A stretch of DNA of 64,000 nucleotides, from NCBI RefSeq assembly GCF_030144855.1, contig NC_082718.1, positions 18,786,001 to 18,850,000 on the forward strand, in the 5' to 3' direction. The stretch comes from Hypanus sabinus (lineage: Eukaryota). Positions 58,560 to 64,000 of the stretch are shown here, piece by piece (the stretch's first letter is position 1; every line of letters starts with the position of its first letter). Under the pieces are notes generated by a model. The model saw nothing but the letters and a program-made list of their open reading frames with translations. It searched no databases and was not told where the DNA came from. The translations under genes were made by a program, and so were the position numbers.

Positions 58560-61250
58560 TCAAGAGGCTGACACAGCAACTTCAGCCTCGCAGACAATCC
58601 CAACTCACTGGATTCACCTACCATTGAAACAGGACAATAGCAAATGCCATCTTATTGGCTTTATACTCACCTCTAGAACATGAATAATAAAGACACCTAC
58701 CTCAGACTATTTTTTATTGACTACATCTCCAAATTTATTACTATAACTCCAAGCAAACTAATTCCCAAATTCTGAGAACAGGGACTCAATGGCTCCATTG
58801 GAACTGGGCCCTTGACTTCCTGATCAACAGACCACAATCAATAAAGAATAGGTAGCGACAATTATCCTGGTGTCCACACGGCTGTATTGTCAGCTTTCTA
58901 CTCCCTGTGCACAGGCAACTGCATGGCCAGATTCCATCTATAAGTTAGCAGTTGATACCACTGTGCTGAGCCAAATCTCAAATAATCATGATTTGGAGTG
59001 TAGGTGAGATAACAATATTTATTCCTCAATGTCAGTAGAACAAAATAACTGGTCATTGACTTTTAAAAAAAGGGGAGCAGAGGACTTACTCCTGTTTTTA
59101 TCAATGGTGCTGAGGCTGAGAGCTCCAGAGTCAACAATACCTTCAGCTCATACCGAGGATGAAAAGGTGAAAGGGTGGAGCGACAGGAAGGTAACCCACC
59201 CCTGGGTTGCAGAACGCAGGTTACTGGGTGACTGTCAGGACAAGAAAGGGAAATGGGCAGCCAGTACAAAGTTCCCCTGCGTTCGTTCCCCTCAATACCA
59301 CTTTGGACACTGTTGAGGGGGATGACCTACTCGGGGAAGCGGCAGTAACCAGGTCGCTGGCACTGAGTCTGGTGCTGAGGCTCAGAAGAGAAGAACGGTG
59401 AAGAGAATTGCGGTGGCGATCTGCCTGACAAACCTGTTGGAATTCCGTGAAGAAATAACAAGCAGGACAGACAAAGGAGAATCGGTGGATGTTGTGTACT
59501 TGTATTTTCAGAAAGCCTTTGACAAGGTACCAAACATGAGGATGCTTAACAAGTTAAGAACCCAAGTTATTACAGGAAAGATACTAACATGGATAGAGCA
59601 TTGACTGATATGTAGGAGGCAAAGAGTGGGAATAAAGGGAGCCTTTTTTGGTTGGCTGCCAGTGACTAGTGGTGTTCCACAGGGGTCGGTGTTAGGACTG
59701 CTTCTTTTTATGTTGTATGTCAATGTTTTGAATGATGGGATTAGTGACTTTGTGGTGAAGCTTGTGGATGATATGAAGATAGGTGAAGGGGCAGGTAGTT
59801 TTGAGGAAGTAGAGAGGCTATAGAAGGACCTAGACAGATTAAGAGAATGGGGAAAGAAGTGGCAGATGGAATATAGTGTTGGGAAGTGTATGGTCATTGC
59901 CTTGGTAGAGGAAATAAAAGCATAGACTAATTGTTAAATGGAGAGAAAATTCAAAAATCTGAGGTGCAAAGTGTCTTGGGAGTCCTTGTACAGGATTCCC
60001 TAAAGATTAATTTGCAGGTTGAGTCAGTGGTGAGGAAGGCAAATGTGAGATTAACATTCATTTCATGAGCATCAGAATATAAAAGCAAGGATGCAAAGTT
60101 GAGGCTTTATAAAGCACTGGTGAGGCCTCATGGAGTATTGTGAGCAGTCTGGGCCCCTTATCTATGAAAGGATTTGCTGACATTAGAGAGGGTTCAAAGG
60201 AGATTTACAAAGATGATTCTGGGATTGAAAGGTTTGTCATATGAGAAATGTTTGACGGCTCTGGGCCTCTATTCACTGGAATCAGAAGAATGAGGGGTGA
60301 CCTCGTTGAAACCTCTTGAATGTTGAAAGGTCTCAAAAGAGTTGATGTGGAGAGGATGCTTTCTATGGTGGGACTGTCTAAGACCAGAGGACAGAGCCTC
60401 AGAATAAAAGGGTGCCCTTTTAGAATGGAGATGAGGAAGAATTTGTTTAGCCAGAGGATGGTGAATCTGTGAAACCTGTTGCCATAGGTGGCTGCCAAGG
60501 CCAAGTCATTAGGTATGCTTAAGACAGAGGTTGATAAATTAATGAGGGCATGAGGGGTATGGGGAGAAGGCAGGTGACTGGGGCTGAGAGGGAAAATGGA
60601 TCAACCACGATGAAATGATGGAACAGGCTCAATGGGACAAATGGCCTAATTCTGCTCCTATATCGTATGGTCTCACTGCCAGGCATGGACTAACCACATG
60701 GATGTCGTGTTCAAGGAAGCTCAGCAGTGCCTCTACCTCCTCAGGAGGCTAAACAAATTTGGCATGCCCCATTTGTCACCGATTTTTATTGATGTACCAT
60801 CGAAAGCATCCTATCCGGCTGCATTGCAGCTTGGTATGGCAGCTGCTCTGCCTGTGACATGAACACCTCTGTTATGGATGCAGCCTCCCTTCTATGGGCT
60901 CTGCCATGGTAAAGCATCCAACATAATCAAAGAGCTTATCCACATAGGCATTTTCACTTTTCTACACCCCCCGCTCCCATAAAGCAGAATAAACAAAAGC
61001 ATGAAATATACCACCAGACTCAGAGAGAGGTTTTGATCCCCTACTGTAAGACTATTGACTGGTCTCCTGTACAATATAATGGACAACTTCATGATCTACT
61101 TCATTATGCCCTTGCACCCTATCAATTTATTCTGCCTTTCATTATTGTATTTTCCTGTACCACCTCAATACATTGTTTTAATGAAATGATCTGTAAGGAT
61201 GGTATGCAAAGCAAGTTTTTCCCTGGATATATAATAATAATAAACCAATT
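58560..61250 (+). mobile_element. Old Rex1/Babar LINE split by a CR1 insertion (segments about 58560-59135 and 60673-61250)
   Basis: cagactattttttattgactacatctcc (RLxFIDY), aactgggcccttgacttcctgatcaacagaccacaatca (NWxLDFLxNRPQS). Resumes with aagctcagcagtgcctctacctcctcaggaggctaaacaaatttggcatg. Confidence 0.8.
59140..60672 (+). mobile_element. CR1 LINE with ORF1 start fused directly to the RT region, complete 3' end
   Basis: GYWVTVRTRKG...VPLNTTLDTVEGDDL (ORF1) then CLTNLLEF...VVYLYFQKAFDKVP, VTSGVPQGSVLG...KLVDDMKIG. Ends cctatatcgtatggtct. Confidence 0.92.
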
Positions 61251-63680
61251 TACAATGTCATAAAATTGGGAATATTTTCTCTGAAGGTAAATGCCCATTA
61301 TTTTTACCACTTTTCTTCTCTCCTTGAGAAACTTGTAATAGGTTAAATGGAAGTCAGTAATAAAGGTGCATGGCTTTGATCTTGATCTTCACAATGAATC
61401 CACACTTATATTGCAGGATACTGTGATTTCCTTATGTGAAATATCAGAATGATTCTGCATTTATGAAATTGTTTGGACATTTGCTAGCAGCTGCCTGTTG
61501 TTAAACATTGTATTTCTCTTCTCTCCAATTTCATCTATCTTCACATTTTATCCCACGGTTGAAAAAATTGCATAATGATAGCCCACAGTCCCTGCAAGCA
61601 CTGTTCTGCAGAAAACATCAGCAGCAGCATAACAATTGCACCACATGATAATCTAACACAAATCAACCACTTTCCCTCGGGAGAATCACATTGTTCTGCT
61701 CTTAAGCTTTTATACAGCTGTATAATGCTATTGAACTGCCATTTGGCTAACTTCTGTGTTGATTCTTCATTTTATTTGCTTACCTTGCAGTATTTTTACT
61801 TAAGGACAGATATTAGCACCACTGAGTTTACTAAAGCAAGAATGATGAAGTGCAGTCCCTTAGTTGTTCCAGACAGATCAGGCCAATGCCATGGTTAAAT
61901 TGTCACAGTACAGAACAATAAGAATGGTTATCAGCTTACAATTCCAGTGAGAATTTATTGGCTGCTTTTCAAAACTTGAAAAACAAATGGCACATTCAAA
62001 TTCATGATCATTTATATTAAATGAAGCTGGTTTGCCAAGGTACTACTGCAAGTCCAATTCACATCTAAACGAATTAAGCTGGAATCTGATCCTGTAAAAT
62101 GAAAACAGCATTGTTCCCATACACACTTCGACACATTCGATATTAAGTTAAGAATCATTTTAAAATTTCTATATTTTGTTCTGCAATTTTATATAGTTGC
62201 TCTCTGAGTAAAATATTTCTTGGCATTAATAGGATATCAAAGAGACACACTAAGGGTAACTTAAATTTTTTGCAAAATTTTAATCCATTTATTCCGCAAA
62301 GATTAATTTGTGTAAGATATAATTTGGCATTTCTTTATGATATCAAATATAAATTGCTGAGTTGAAGGAAAATTTTCAAACCCCACTTATGGGGAATTTT
62401 ATCACAATAATTGGGAATTAAAATGATACTTCCAGCAAAACTTAATAATAATCACAACGCAAGCTTAGCAAGAGTTTATTTTATGAACTCAATGCTAATA
62501 GGAAGCTATCCATTTACTACATAAAGCTAATTTGCCTCAGGCAATCATTTTTATTGCAGTGCCGCCTATTGGAAAACCTAGCCATCAGGTTTGATGTGTG
62601 TTCTCTTCCACTAATCTAGTCAGCAAAGATTTATTTATCTATATTGTTTGAGTAGACAACATGGTGCCCTAGAAATTGGAGAGTTAAAGCATAATGTGCA
62701 ATAGTCTAGCACAACACACTCCCGATATTGCTATTTTAATTATCCTCCCTCACCGACCCCCATTACCTTTACTAAATTGGATTTGACTGTGTCTGTGTGG
62801 CTAGAGATATAAAAAAACGTTGTAGCAGAGCAGCGCTAAATGAGTACCTCTGAATCAATAAGGGCATTACGTTGGATTAATATATCATTTGCATTCTCGT
62901 TAGCCTTCATCTTTTCAATTGTAAGGAAGATTTGATATTTTAATTTAAAGTAAACCATTTAGCCACCATTTCAGTACAATGCTAATGTATTAAACCATGT
63001 TAGATTTTTCATACATTACTATTAAATTATTAAGCTATAACTTTATGTCTACTGAAATATTTCAATAATAAAATTTCAATATTGCACCATAGGATTCTCT
63101 TAGTTTATACATATATTTATTTCTTATTGCTTTCCTATTAATATACATTTAGAAATATAGAACTACCTATCAATTATTCAGCATTATCAGTTGGAGATAA
63201 GAACTGTTCCACCAAATACATGCAGCAGGATTACCTGGAATGCAGGAGTGTATTCCTTTAATAGTGTTGATGTGCTCGTGTTCTAGCAATGTCTCTGCTT
63301 CATAATGTTGTGGGGAACTGTATGGGCAGTTGTGAAGCTATAGATTTCACCTTCTTATCTTAGCAAACTGATTTAAATTAATTTAATGTCATTTAAGTCA
63401 AGCAGAGAATGCATGTGGGAAATCGATCATACTGGTCGTACTGGCACCTGCCTCTTGCTTCAAATTTCACAAATGTGGTGGTATCCACAAAGCTGGCTTT
63501 GGGGAAGAAGATGGGCATAATATTAAGGAATTATGATCTTCATCATCTTGCCCGCATGTGTTGGAGGGGCAACCACTTTGCATGTATTGCCAGAAATTGT
63601 CAAGTTTCCAGGTGCTGAATTTTCCTAAAACTTTAATGTGGCAGTATTACAGGTTTAGACCATAAATTGCCACATTTACA

Positions 63681-64000
63681 TGTAAGGGGTTTCTTCTTTT
63701 AAGTTACTGCTAAGGCTAATAAAATGGCTTCTTTGTTATGTTAAAAGTAAAAATGCTTCTTTGCTATGTTAACTAGTGAGAGAGTGCTTTCTCTCACAGC
63801 TTGTTTGGGTTATAATTACTGATAACGAGAATTGTATTCATTTGTTAAGCAATTGGGATAGATATTATTCTTTCTTGTGAGTCTGTAAGCGAGTGTTGTG
63901 CGGACTTTTGGGGAGACGGCGTGAGGGGGTTAGAGTGAGAAGCTGCAATGCTGTAAGCTGGGTGATGGAATGGCCCCGAGCGGGGGTCTGAGGCCCACGG
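63681..64000 (+). mobile_element. 5' part of an LTR running off the window end
   Basis: Starts TGTAAG. Shares blocks with the reverse complement of the 47884-48479 LTR (TCTTGTGAGTCTGTAAGC vs TCTTGTGATTCTGGAAGC; TGTTAAGCAATTGGGAT vs TGTTAGCCAATCAGGAT). Confidence 0.75.

Noticed and set aside
1-64000. Prokaryotic systems (CRISPR, retron, DGR, defence island) suggested by the many RT fragments
   Set aside because: All RT motifs belong to eukaryotic non-LTR or Penelope retrotransposons. There are no operons, no regularly spaced repeat-spacer array and very low coding density.

Overview
This is AT-rich, repeat-dense vertebrate nuclear DNA, not a prokaryotic locus. The repeat repertoire (many CR1 LINEs, Rex1/Babar LINEs, Penelope-like elements, V-SINE and Deu-type SINEs, RTE-derived short elements, Tc1 relics, solo LTRs) fits a cartilaginous fish, probably a ray. 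That assignment is an inference from recalled repeat families, not from a search. Well over half of the window is transposon debris, often nested several levels deep. Every ORF I can recognise in the track is a frameshifted or stop-ridden transposon fragment. I found no intact autonomous element and no recognisable host protein-coding exon, rRNA, tRNA or CRISPR array, so the window looks like a large intron or intergenic DNA. I cannot support a claim of a new biological system. The items most worth a second look are: (1) a series of Penelope-type minimal hammerhead ribozyme motifs, all with damaged cores; (2) a young, TSD-flanked CORE-like SINE that resembles marine-invertebrate SINEs; (3) a candidate 52-nt exon next to a (GT)27 tract, inside a possible 3-exon micro-ORF; (4) a dense CAGATG E-box cluster in unique DNA; (5) two precisely delimited solo LTRs plus a third LTR at the window edge; (6) two apparently non-coding non-autonomous retroposon families; (7) short templated local duplications. 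Boundaries of decayed repeats are approximate unless a TSD is given.
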